64,000 nucleotides of DNA, taken from the NCBI GenBank assembly GCA_902521655.1, contig CABYSM010000004.1, forward strand, positions 3,125 to 67,124, in the 5' to 3' direction. The notes under the pieces were generated by a model that made no database searches, was not told the DNA's origin, and saw only the letters and a program-made list of their open reading frames with translations. The number at the start of each line of letters is the position of its first letter. The first letter of the stretch is position 1. The DNA comes from an uncultured Pelagibacteraceae bacterium. Its GTDB lineage: Bacteria > Pseudomonadota > Alphaproteobacteria > Pelagibacterales > AG-422-B15. This document shows, piece by piece, positions 51,127 to 60,179 of this stretch. A program made the position numbers and the translations under genes.

Positions 51127-51951
51127 TTAGTTAATATCTGACTTAATTGATGTTTTTAAGTGATTTAGACTACCGTGATGGGTCAGATCTAAATGAAAAG
51201 GGGTAATTGAAATATGCTGATTAGCAATTGCTTCTACATCAGACATAAACCCGTCGACCGCCATATTCAGGGGTGGAAGCGTTAATTTAGCATTTTCTTC
51301 AAGCCTTCTTCTAAGTCCAAATCTAAACAAATTATTTTCAACCTCATTTATAATGAGATCATCTGTATCTCTATTACCCTGTGTTGTAATTTGTATGCTT
51401 TTTACTTTATCTGATTGGCAATAAGGAAAGTTAATGTTCATGAATACATTACTGTCCCATCCGACATTGGTTATATCGGTAAGTATGCCTTTCAAAAAAT
51501 GTTTTGATGAGTCCCATGAGATTACATTTTTCTTACCAGCTTCGTAATTTTGACTAATAGCAATTGAAGGTATCCTTCTTATTAAACCCTCCATTGCCGC
51601 GGCAATAGTTCCAGAATAAGTTACATCTTCTCCGACGTTGCATCCACTATTAATGCCTGAAAGAATTAGATCTGGCCTCTTGTCTTTTAGAACATGGCTG
51701 ATGCCAATAGCTATACAATCGCTAGGGGTGCCATCTATAGAATAAAGCTTATCGGCTTGCTCTTCTAAATTTAATGCGTTTTGAAACGATAGAGCGTGAG
51801 ATGCGCCGCTCTTTTCATGTTCAGGAGCAACAACCCATACATCATCTGAAAACTCTTTTGCAATATCAGTTAATAATTTGATGCCATCTGCAGAATAGCC
51901 GTCATCATTGGTTATAAGTATTCTTGCATTTTCAAGTTTTACTGAAGGCAT
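51127..51951 (-). CDS. surE: 5'/3'-nucleotidase SurE
   Basis: ILITNDDGYSADGIKLL and SGINSGCNVGEDVTYSGT motifs. 274 aa. Confidence 0.93.
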   Translation of the reverse strand: MPSVKLENARILITNDDGYSADGIKLLTDIAKEFSDDVWVVAPEHEKSGASHALSFQNALNLEEQADKLYSIDGTPSDCIAIGISHVLKDKRPDLILSGINSGCNVGEDVTYSGTIAAAMEGLIRRIPSIAISQNYEAGKKNVISWDSSKHFLKGILTDITNVGWDSNVFMNINFPYCQSDKVKSIQITTQGNRDTDDLIINEVENNLFRFGLRRRLEENAKLTLPPLNMAVDGFMSDVEAIANQHISITPFHLDLTHHGSLNHLKTSIKSDIN

Positions 51952-51960
51952 ATAATATAT

Positions 51961-53229
51961 TTAGTTTGAAATTTTTGTTATTCCACTCATGTAAGGAATT
52001 AATGCTTCTGGAATATCAATAGATCCATCTTCGTTTTGATAATTTTCCATAATCGCAATTAGAGTTCTCCCTACTGCCAGTCCTGACCCATTAAGTGTAT
52101 GCAGGTATTTAATTGCATCATTTTCTTTATATCTCGAATTCATTCTTCTCGCTTGAAAGTCGCCACAATTAGAGCAACTTGAAATTTCTCTATAGGCATT
52201 TTGTCCTGGAAGCCATACTTCAATATCATATGTTTTCTGGGCTGAAAAACCCATATCTTGAGTGGATAAAATAACAACTCGATAGTGCAAACCTAGTCTT
52301 TTTAGCACTTCTTCAGCACAACTAAGCATTCTTTCATGCTCATCATCTGAATTTTCTTCTGACGTTAAGCTTACCAATTCAACTTTGTAAAACTGATGTT
52401 GACGCATAATTCCTCGAGTATCTTTTCCAGCGGCACCTGCTTCAGATCTGAAACAAGGCGTATGAGAAACGTATCGTCTGGGAAGTTCAACTGCATCCAC
52501 TACACTCTCTCTTGTCATATTTGTTAGAGGAACTTCAGCTGTTGGTATAAGCCAGTAATCATCCGTCGTTTTGAATAAATCATCCTTGAATTTTGGTAAT
52601 TGACCTGTACCAAATGCAGCTTGATCTCTTACAAGTATAGGAACATTAGTTTCTTCATACCCAAATTCATTTGTATGCAGATCTAGCATAAAATTAGCTA
52701 TGGCTCTTTCAAGTCTTGCCAATTCACCTTTTTGGATCACAAAACGTGCACCGGATATTTTTGCTGCTTGATCAAAACTCATTTTCCCAAGATCTTCACC
52801 TAAATCAAAATGTTCTTTTGGAGTAAATGAAAATTCTTTCTTTTTACCTTCAACCTTAATTTCTTTGTTGACGCTCTCATCTCCAATTGGAACCGAGTCA
52901 TCTGGCATGTTCGGCAGTGACTCAAGTAATGAATTTAACTCTTCTTTTGCGATGCGTTGATTGTTTTCAAGTTCCTGCATTTTTTCTTTTATTGAACTAA
53001 CTTCATTTTTAAGTAATTCAGCTTCATCTTTTTTACCGTTAGAAGCATGCTCTCCAATTAATTTAGATTTAGCATTTCTTTCCTCTTGAAGTCCTTGTAA
53101 TTCACCTATTAAGTCTCGATTTTTTTTATCAAGATCTATAATTAAAGAAGATGATGCCTCGTGCTTTCTACTCGCTAGGGCCTCATCGAGCTGTTTTCCA
53201 TTTTCTCTAATCTTCTTAATATCTAACAT
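51961..53229 (-). CDS. serS: Seryl-tRNA synthetase
   Basis: N-terminal coiled-coil and class II motifs ([16 protein letters not shown]). 422 aa. Confidence 0.95.
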   Translation of the reverse strand: MLDIKKIRENGKQLDEALASRKHEASSSLIIDLDKKNRDLIGELQGLQEERNAKSKLIGEHASNGKKDEAELLKNEVSSIKEKMQELENNQRIAKEELNSLLESLPNMPDDSVPIGDESVNKEIKVEGKKKEFSFTPKEHFDLGEDLGKMSFDQAAKISGARFVIQKGELARLERAIANFMLDLHTNEFGYEETNVPILVRDQAAFGTGQLPKFKDDLFKTTDDYWLIPTAEVPLTNMTRESVVDAVELPRRYVSHTPCFRSEAGAAGKDTRGIMRQHQFYKVELVSLTSEENSDDEHERMLSCAEEVLKRLGLHYRVVILSTQDMGFSAQKTYDIEVWLPGQNAYREISSCSNCGDFQARRMNSRYKENDAIKYLHTLNGSGLAVGRTLIAIMENYQNEDGSIDIPEALIPYMSGITKISN

Positions 53230-53238
53230 CTTATAAAA

Positions 53239-54018
53239 TTATTTATTCTCTCTTTTTCGCTCTATAAATCGTACTGCATATATTGAAATTTCATACAATA
53301 TTAATATAGGAACACCAAGGCCTATTTGTGATATGGGATCAGGAGGCGTAAGTATTGCTGCAACAGCAAAAACACCAACGATTACGTATTTTCTATTTTT
53401 TCTCAGTCCTTCAGAGCTTACAAACCCAACTCTTGCTAATAATGTAAGCAATACAGGTAATTGAAAACTTAAGCCGAAAGCAAAAATTAGTCTCATAATT
53501 AAACTAAGATATTCATTTACTTTGGCCTCTAGTTGAATTGGTAACGTTCCTTGTCCTCCAATTGACTCAAATGATAAAAAAAACTTAATTGCGAGGGGCA
53601 TTATAAAGAAATACACCAGAGAAGCCCCTAATATAAATAGAATTGGTGTAGCTGCCAAATAAGGGATAACAACTGTTTTTTCATTTTTGTACAATCCTGG
53701 TGCTACAAATATCCATATTTGAATAAGTATAAAAGGCAGTGCAACAAATAATGATGCAAATAAAGCGACCTTTAAATATGTAAAAAATGTTTCATGTAGT
53801 GCTGTAAAAATAAGTCTTCTTCCAGCTTCCCCTGCAACAGCATCTGCGTAAGGCTGGACTAAAAAATTGTATATAGAATCTGCATATATGTATGCAATCA
53901 CAAACAATATTGAAATTAAAATGATAGATTTGATTAAACGACTTCTTAGTTCAATTAAATGCTGGATTAAAGGCTGCTTATTATCATTGAGTGTTTCTTT
54001 CTGATCACTCATCTTCAC
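53239..54018 (-). CDS. tatC: Sec-independent protein translocase TatC
   Basis: PLIQHLIELRSRL N-terminus and 6-TM layout. 259 aa. Overlaps tatB by 14 nt. Confidence 0.94.
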   Translation of the reverse strand: MKMSDQKETLNDNKQPLIQHLIELRSRLIKSIILISILFVIAYIYADSIYNFLVQPYADAVAGEAGRRLIFTALHETFFTYLKVALFASLFVALPFILIQIWIFVAPGLYKNEKTVVIPYLAATPILFILGASLVYFFIMPLAIKFFLSFESIGGQGTLPIQLEAKVNEYLSLIMRLIFAFGLSFQLPVLLTLLARVGFVSSEGLRKNRKYVIVGVFAVAAILTPPDPISQIGLGVPILILYEISIYAVRFIERKRENK

Positions 54019-54301
54019 TCTTTTTATCTTCTGACTTCATGATGGTCTCGTTAATTGAATCACGCATGTCGTCAGTAAAATTTTTAGGACTTGCATTTTC
54101 AACAGATGATTTAATATCATCTACCCCAGTCTCGGCAGCAATTTGATTAATGCTTGATTTAAACTCTCTTGAAAAATTCCTAATCTTGCCCCACCATTTT
54201 CCAAGACCCCTGAGCACAGCTGGCAGATCTTTAGGACCAACAAAAATTATAATTAATGCTGCAATGACAAGATACTCTACTCCACCAATTCCAGGTAACA
54301 T
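54005..54301 (-). CDS. tatB: Sec-independent protein translocase TatB
   Basis: MLPGIGGVEYLVIAALIIIFVGPKDLP (TatA/B TM plus hinge). 98 aa. Lies between tatA and tatC. Confidence 0.88.
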   Translation of the reverse strand: MLPGIGGVEYLVIAALIIIFVGPKDLPAVLRGLGKWWGKIRNFSREFKSSINQIAAETGVDDIKSSVENASPKNFTDDMRDSINETIMKSEDKKSEDE

Positions 54302-54319
54302 CAGATAATACTATTGCTT

Positions 54320-54505
54320 CTACTCTTTAGTAGAGCTGTCTTCTGATTTATTGATTGATTTTTGCTCATCATCATCATTGATGCCCTTTTTAAAACTCTT
54401 TACTCCTTTAGCAACATCTCCCATAAGCTCAGAAATTTTGCCACGTCCAAAAAGTATTACTAGAAGTGCAACAACAATTAAAATTTGCCAAAAACTAATT
54501 CCCAT
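54320..54505 (-). CDS. tatA: Sec-independent protein translocase TatA
   Basis: [30 protein letters not shown]. 61 aa. Confidence 0.92.
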   Translation of the reverse strand: MGISFWQILIVVALLVILFGRGKISELMGDVAKGVKSFKKGINDDDEQKSINKSEDSSTKE

Positions 54506-54573
54506 TCGGTCCTCTTTAAAATATTAACTTATAAGTTTATTATATATAAAAAACTTATATTTAAAGAATATAA

Positions 54574-55299
54574 TTAAGTATTTGCTTTAATACTACTGAA
54601 TTTTACTGATTTTTCTCTAGATATATGAGTAATATCTTTTGCTGAGCCACTTTGAATGATTATCCCGTCTTCGATAACAATGACTTTATCTGACATTGAT
54701 AGTGCATCATCGAAGTCATGTGAGACGATGATTGACGTTGTTTTATTATCCTTTAAAATTTTTCTTGTTTCTACACGAAGTTGATTTGTAAGTGATTGAT
54801 CTAGAGTTCCAAAGGGTTCATCCATTAATAGTATTTTTGGGTTTGGCGCCATTGCTCTTGCGATAGCAACTCGCTGTTGTTCTCCACTGGAAATTTCATT
54901 AGGATAATTATAAGCGTATCGCTCTACTTTAAATAACTTAAGAAGTCTCATTGCAGTAGCATGTCTCTCTGATTTACTTCCAATCACCCCAAACATTACA
55001 TTATTGATTATTGTTAAGTGAGGAAATAAAGCTCTTTCTTGAACAACTAATCCAACATCTCTATTTTCTGTAAGAACTGTATGAAAATGATCTGAAATAA
55101 TTTGATCGTTCATGAGAACACTACCTCCTGTTTCTTTCTCCAAGCCAGCAATTATTCTTAGCAATGTAGTTTTGCCACAGCCAGATGGACCAAGGATTGA
55201 TAGTATTTCACCTTCTTCAAGCTCTAGACTAACATTACTAAGCACATTCTTGCCTTTTACATAGAAGTGACTCAAATCTTTTATTTCTAATGCTGTCAT
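54574..55299 (-). CDS. Fe(3+)-type ABC transporter ATP-binding protein (FbpC/SfuC-like, no C-terminal regulatory domain)
   Basis: Walker A GPSGCGKTTLL, signature SSGEQQRVAIA, and Walker B LLMDEP. 241 aa. Confidence 0.9.
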   Translation of the reverse strand: MTALEIKDLSHFYVKGKNVLSNVSLELEEGEILSILGPSGCGKTTLLRIIAGLEKETGGSVLMNDQIISDHFHTVLTENRDVGLVVQERALFPHLTIINNVMFGVIGSKSERHATAMRLLKLFKVERYAYNYPNEISSGEQQRVAIARAMAPNPKILLMDEPFGTLDQSLTNQLRVETRKILKDNKTTSIIVSHDFDDALSMSDKVIVIEDGIIIQSGSAKDITHISREKSVKFSSIKANT

Positions 55300-56913
55300 T
55301 TAATCCCTACTAGCCGGTCTAGATGTTCTGATCATTCTAGTCAATATAATTATGGGGATCAAACCCACCATTACTATTGCTATTGAAGGTGCTGCGGCGT
55401 CGTACATTCTCTCTTCTGCTGCATAAATATATGTATAAACAGCAAGCGTATCAAAATTGAAGGGCCTTAAGATTAATGTTGCTGGTAGCTCCTTTATAAC
55501 TTCTGACACAACTAATAACATACTTGTTAAAAAGCTAGTTTTTAGTAATGGCATGTGAACTTGAGCCAATAATGACCATCCTGAGGTCTTCAGCGTTTTA
55601 GCGACATCGTCTACCCTTGAATTAATCCTCTGATATCCCGACTCAATTGTTGAACTTGCTAAAGCATAGGATTTAATTACATAGGCCAATACAAGACCTA
55701 TTACACTTCCAGTTAGAACAAAATTAGAAATTTCTGAAATAAAACTTTGGTCAAAATAAGTTAACATTTGCATTACACCTATTGCAAGAATTAGCCCTGG
55801 AACCGCATACCCAACGGTGAGGAAAGAACTCATAACCTTTAAATAATTATTACTTTTATATCGTATAGAAAAATTAATAATCACAGCAAGCAGTGAGCAA
55901 AAGAACGCAGCCATCAAGGCTAGATAAAAAGTATTCCATGCAGTAGTAATAAATTTATCATTAAAGAAATCTAACTTGTAGTTTAAGGCCCAGTACGAGA
56001 GCTCTAATATTGGAAGTAAAAAACCAATAAAAATTGGAGTTAAACAAATTGCGAAAGCTAAAATGTTTGGTATCCCTTTTAATTTTGTTAAATATAGAGG
56101 TTTGTAAAGAGACATTGCATTAGAATAACTTGCATTTTTTCTTGAATACCTTTCCAACAAGATCAATGTGACTGCGAATATTAGGAGCAATGAAGCTAAT
56201 TGTTTTGCAGTTTCAATGTCATACATTCCATACCAAGTTCGAAATACTCCTGTGGTAAAAGTCGATATTGCAAAATGGTCAACTGCTCCAAAATCAGAAA
56301 TTGTTTCCATTATGACTAACATCAAACCGCCAATGATAGCGGGCCTTATCATTGGGATGCCTAATTTGTAGAACGTTTGAAATTTATTTAATCCAAGAGT
56401 TCTTCCAGCTTCAAGCATAGTTCGAGATTGGTTTATAAAAGCCATTCTACTTACTAGATAAACATAGGGATATAGAGTAAATGAAAATACAATTATGGCA
56501 CCAGGAACATTTCTAACTTTTGGAAAAAAAGTAAATTCACGACCTAAGTCAAATAAATCACGTATTAAGTTATTTGCATTTCCGTAAGTATCGAATAAAC
56601 CTGTAAATGTATAAGCAAGAATATATGGTGGGACCGCCAGAGGCAGTATTAAAGCCCATTCAAAGATATTTTTTCCTGTAAAGTTATAATTTGTTATAAG
56701 CCACGCGGTACCTACCCCAACTATTGTTACTAAAATTGAAACTCCAGTAACTAAATATACTGTATTTGCTATGTATCGAGTTAAAACGTATTGATATAAA
56801 TGAGTCCAGTTGTCTGAATAGTCTCCAGTCAAACTGACAAGGACAATTGCAACGGGGGCAATAAATACAATAAATAATGCTACAGGTGTTATTTCCCAAA
56901 AACTAAGTCTCAT
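55300..56913 (-). CDS. Fe(3+) ABC transporter permease (fused double permease, FbpB/SfuB-like)
   Basis: 537-aa, roughly 12-TM protein with two BPD-transporter-like halves. Abuts the ATPase gene. Confidence 0.88.
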   Translation of the reverse strand: MRLSFWEITPVALFIVFIAPVAIVLVSLTGDYSDNWTHLYQYVLTRYIANTVYLVTGVSILVTIVGVGTAWLITNYNFTGKNIFEWALILPLAVPPYILAYTFTGLFDTYGNANNLIRDLFDLGREFTFFPKVRNVPGAIIVFSFTLYPYVYLVSRMAFINQSRTMLEAGRTLGLNKFQTFYKLGIPMIRPAIIGGLMLVIMETISDFGAVDHFAISTFTTGVFRTWYGMYDIETAKQLASLLLIFAVTLILLERYSRKNASYSNAMSLYKPLYLTKLKGIPNILAFAICLTPIFIGFLLPILELSYWALNYKLDFFNDKFITTAWNTFYLALMAAFFCSLLAVIINFSIRYKSNNYLKVMSSFLTVGYAVPGLILAIGVMQMLTYFDQSFISEISNFVLTGSVIGLVLAYVIKSYALASSTIESGYQRINSRVDDVAKTLKTSGWSLLAQVHMPLLKTSFLTSMLLVVSEVIKELPATLILRPFNFDTLAVYTYIYAAEERMYDAAAPSIAIVMVGLIPIIILTRMIRTSRPASRD

Positions 56914-56935
56914 AACATTGGCCTAATTAAACCAA

Positions 56936-57469
56936 TTACTTTAAAAACTCTATAATATTATCCGGATTTGTCTCAATATATGGATCGTCGTCAGCGCCGC
57001 TATCATTTAACCCTTGTTCTACAAAGGATTGTTCAATTTCCATATTATTAGCAATTACAGCATACCTCCATGAACGCATGCCAAACCCATTATGGTCTTT
57101 ATTCACAAGCATCCCCATCATTCGGGTAAATTGCCCTGTTCCATCAGGAATCATTTGTACATTTTTAACCCCCATATAATTGCTCCATGCATTCATTACG
57201 TAAGAGTCGTTAACAGAAATACAAAAGATTTCATCAATACCCAGATTTTTGAAATCATCAAATTTTTCATCAAACATAGGCAGTTGTTGCGAGGAACACG
57301 TTGGTGTAAATGCGCCCGGTAGTGAAAATATTAATACTCGTTTACCTGCAAAAAGATCTGTTGAAGATATTGTCATCCATGCTTTATCTCCTTCAAGATA
57401 GCACATCTCTCCTGTCTCGAATTCATTTTGTGACCTAATTTTAAAATTAACAGTTGGCAATTTATTCAT
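56936..57469 (-). CDS. Peroxiredoxin, Prx5-like subfamily
   Basis: FSLPGAFTPTCSSQQLP peroxidatic-Cys motif. 177 aa. Confidence 0.9.
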   Translation of the reverse strand: MNKLPTVNFKIRSQNEFETGEMCYLEGDKAWMTISSTDLFAGKRVLIFSLPGAFTPTCSSQQLPMFDEKFDDFKNLGIDEIFCISVNDSYVMNAWSNYMGVKNVQMIPDGTGQFTRMMGMLVNKDHNGFGMRSWRYAVIANNMEIEQSFVEQGLNDSGADDDPYIETNPDNIIEFLK

Positions 57470-57483
57470 AATTTTTCCTTATT

Positions 57484-57502
57484 TAGAATGGTTCTAATTT
57501 AC
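57484..57502 (-). promoter_or_regulatory. Fur-box-like operator upstream of the peroxiredoxin
   Basis: Minus strand reads GTAAATTAGAACCATTCTA, 14 nt upstream of the ATG. 11/19 to GATAATGATAATCATTATC, but shares the AATTA(G/T)AACCATTCTAA core with the proximal box of the Fe-binding-protein gene. Confidence 0.4.
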
Positions 57503-57534
57503 AATCCAAATATATTGTTTTGTGAATAAATCAA

Positions 57535-57564
57535 TGCCTCTTCAAAAGAATTTTCAAAGAGGCA
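57535..57564 (-). terminator. Intercistronic hairpin/probable intrinsic terminator after the Fe-binding-protein gene
   Basis: Minus strand reads TGCCTCTTTGAAA-ATTC-TTTTGAAGAGGCA (13 bp including 2 G-U pairs), followed by TTGATTTATT. Confidence 0.55.
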
Positions 57565-57628
57565 ATTTGTCCTGATACTAATGAGAAGAAGAGACGGTGG
57601 ACAAATTACCTCTTAATGGATGGGAGGA

Positions 57629-58660
57629 TTATTCCCAACCAACTCTATCCATCAACTTGACAGCATCTGGATTGAATTCACCATAGCTTGCAACAGCCGT
57701 CTGATCTTCTTTGAAACCAGAGCCGAATTGAGCTATTAAATCACTTGCTGCAACACCTTCAAGCATTGGAAATTCATAGGTATTGTTTACAATGTGAGAT
57801 TGAGCCTCTTCACTTAAGAGAAACTCGATAAATTTAACTGCATTGTCAGCATTTGGAGCATTCTTCATAAGGCCAGCTCCACTTACATTAATGTGAGCTC
57901 CACGGCCATCTTGACCAGGAAAATGTAATTCAACTTTTCTTGCAGCCGCTTGTTGCTCTTCACCTTTTTTACCTGAGAGCATTAAGCCAATGTAATAACT
58001 ATTAGAAATTGCAATATCAGCTTCGCCGTTAGCTACAGCCATAATTTGCGCTCTATCATTACCTTCTGGTTTTCTAGCAAAATTTGCAACAAAACCTTTA
58101 GCCCAATCTTCAGTGGCTGAAACGCCGTAATTGGCAATTAAAGAAGAGACAAGAGATTGGTTATACATGTTTCCAGAACTTCTGATTGCGATTCTTCCTT
58201 TCCACTTAGGATCAGATAAATCTTCATAGGTCAGTCCTTCCATTTCTTCACGAGATACATTTACAGGATTGAAGTACATAACTCTAGATCGCTTAGCTAT
58301 TCCAACCCACTCATTATTTGGACCTCTTAAATTTTCTGGTACGATAGAATCTATCGTATTAGAATTAATACTTTGGAACATTCCATCTTTTTGAACTTTC
58401 CATAAGTTTCCTGCATCTACAGTAATGAATACATCAGCTGGAGAACTTGATCCCTCAGAAGCAAGTCTTTCCATTAAAGCCTTACCTTTACCAGATATAA
58501 CATTAACTTTGATGCCAGTTGCATCAGTAAACTTTGCGTACAAAGCTTCATCAGAGTCATAATGTCTTGCTGTATATAAGTTAACTTCACTAGCAAAAGA
58601 GCTTGCAATAGTCACAAAGCTAACCGCTAATATTGTTAATAGTTTAGTAAAAAAATTCAT
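57629..58660 (-). CDS. Fe(3+) ABC transporter periplasmic substrate-binding protein (FbpA/AfuA/IdiA family)
   Basis: Signal peptide (LLTILAVSFVTIASSFA), then EVNLYTARHYDSDEALY... typical of ferric-binding proteins. 343 aa. Confidence 0.9.
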   Translation of the reverse strand: MNFFTKLLTILAVSFVTIASSFASEVNLYTARHYDSDEALYAKFTDATGIKVNVISGKGKALMERLASEGSSSPADVFITVDAGNLWKVQKDGMFQSINSNTIDSIVPENLRGPNNEWVGIAKRSRVMYFNPVNVSREEMEGLTYEDLSDPKWKGRIAIRSSGNMYNQSLVSSLIANYGVSATEDWAKGFVANFARKPEGNDRAQIMAVANGEADIAISNSYYIGLMLSGKKGEEQQAAARKVELHFPGQDGRGAHINVSGAGLMKNAPNADNAVKFIEFLLSEEAQSHIVNNTYEFPMLEGVAASDLIAQFGSGFKEDQTAVASYGEFNPDAVKLMDRVGWE

Positions 58661-58678
58661 ATAATTCCCTTTGTATAT

Positions 58679-58697
58679 TAGAATGGTTATAATTATC
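58679..58697 (-). promoter_or_regulatory. Fur box (proximal) upstream of the Fe-binding-protein gene
   Basis: Minus strand reads GATAATTATAACCATTCTA. 15/19 identity to the classical Fur consensus GATAATGATAATCATTATC. Lies 18 nt upstream of the ATG. Confidence 0.6.
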
Positions 58698-58714
58698 AGT
58701 TATATAATATTATT

Positions 58715-58733
58715 GAGAATGATTATCAATAGC
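58715..58733 (-). promoter_or_regulatory. Fur box (distal) upstream of the Fe-binding-protein gene
   Basis: Minus strand reads GCTATTGATAATCATTCTC. 16/19 to the Fur consensus. An AT-rich -10-like TATATAA lies between the two boxes. Confidence 0.6.
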
Positions 58734-58761
58734 AAATATGACGCACATGTTTGATTTAGGT

Positions 58762-60162
58762 TTATAGAGAATTGATAAAACTAAGTAATTGATTTACTTC
58801 ATTTTTTTTAAGTTTTTTATAATTTTGTATAATTTCGTTTGCCTCTCCCCCATGCCATAGAATGGCCTCTTCGATTGTCCGAGCTCTGCCGTCATGAAGG
58901 TATCCGTATTCTTCAGAAACTATATTTGTCAGACCAATGCCCCATAATGGAGGAGTTCTCCACTCACTTTCCTGCGCGAGAAATTCTGAAACGCCGTCAG
59001 ATAAACTTTCTCCCATATCGTGTAAAAGAAAATCTGAATATGGGTATATGATTTGATTGTTCAAATTTGTATGGGATCCAGAGTCGCCAGTCGTAAAACT
59101 TTCTACATGGCATGAGTTACAATTTAACGCAAAGAAGATCTCTTTTCCTTTTTTCACATTCGCTGCATTGATGCTCCTTCGCGCTGGCACCCCTAATTGA
59201 GAGGAATAAAAAGTCACAAGATCCAATTGATCATTGGATACCTCGAGATCATCGTATTCTTCACTGTTGCCGCTAATAGCCTTAGTGCACTCTACTTGCT
59301 TACTGGTACAATTAAATGGATTGCTATAAAGTTTATTTGATAACCCCATATCATGATAAAAAGCATCAGCTGTTTGTTGGTAAACAGAAGGTTGTGCAGC
59401 CTTCCATCCAAATCTTCCAATTGCTAACTTTTCATTTTCTATATCCCAAACTTTATTTGCCTTTCCAGAGACTCCATCATTATTTGTGTCGTTAATATCC
59501 TCATTCATCAATAAACTTTGGTCACTAATATGTTCAATGAGTCCAAGACCTATCATTGGCTGTGCAATTCTTGCAGAAAATGTTGTACTCTCATTAAAAT
59601 CACCGTAATTCAGATTATCTATTTTTATTATTGGACGACGAAGTTCAACCACTCTGCCATCCTCATAAATTTCAAGTGAATATTCATAATCGATTATTAT
59701 GTCTGCTTCTTTTAATACATCTTTGACAGCGAATTCACTTATCTGCCCCCCATAAATGTCGTCTTCGATATTTTTTATGTAATCATTTGATAGCGCTATA
59801 TTTTGAGAAATTTGGATAACTACTGAAATTTTGTCATCTTTATTAGTAAGTGGAATATGTCCTCTTCCATCGTTGATGTGGCATGACTCACAGGAACGGG
59901 CACTAAAGAAAGGGCCAAGACCATCTTTAGCAATATTTTTTGAAATACTTGAGTCTTCCCACATTCTCTCAAAAAGTGCGTTACCAACAAGAAAATTAAT
60001 TCGCATATGCTCTTCAAGATTTCTTGATGAAAGTGAGAAACTGTTTTTATTTTCAACTTGATTTGAAGTTTCGCCCCCTGGCAGAGAAGGATCAGCAAAT
60101 GTATCTGCTCTGATTAAAAAAATAGCTAAAAAAATATATATGAATGAGAAAAACCTGATCAC
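58762..60162 (-). CDS. Secreted di-heme c-type protein, DUF1111 ('thiol oxidoreductase'/di-heme peroxidase-like) family
   Basis: Signal peptide plus two CxxCH motifs (SCESCH, CNSCH). Overall pattern (GRFGWKA, LHDMG) recalls DUF1111. 466 aa, GTG start. Confidence 0.8.
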   Translation of the reverse strand: MIRFFSFIYIFLAIFLIRADTFADPSLPGGETSNQVENKNSFSLSSRNLEEHMRINFLVGNALFERMWEDSSISKNIAKDGLGPFFSARSCESCHINDGRGHIPLTNKDDKISVVIQISQNIALSNDYIKNIEDDIYGGQISEFAVKDVLKEADIIIDYEYSLEIYEDGRVVELRRPIIKIDNLNYGDFNESTTFSARIAQPMIGLGLIEHISDQSLLMNEDINDTNNDGVSGKANKVWDIENEKLAIGRFGWKAAQPSVYQQTADAFYHDMGLSNKLYSNPFNCTSKQVECTKAISGNSEEYDDLEVSNDQLDLVTFYSSQLGVPARRSINAANVKKGKEIFFALNCNSCHVESFTTGDSGSHTNLNNQIIYPYSDFLLHDMGESLSDGVSEFLAQESEWRTPPLWGIGLTNIVSEEYGYLHDGRARTIEEAILWHGGEANEIIQNYKKLKKNEVNQLLSFINSL

Positions 60163-60179
60163 TAGATGAAGGCTAAATG

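Noticed and set aside
54526-54537. The 12-bp palindrome AACTTATAAGTT between the ABC ATPase gene and tatA, as a possible terminator or operator.
   Set aside because: With no loop it cannot form a useful hairpin. It is AT-only and a single copy, and nothing ties it to a known regulator.
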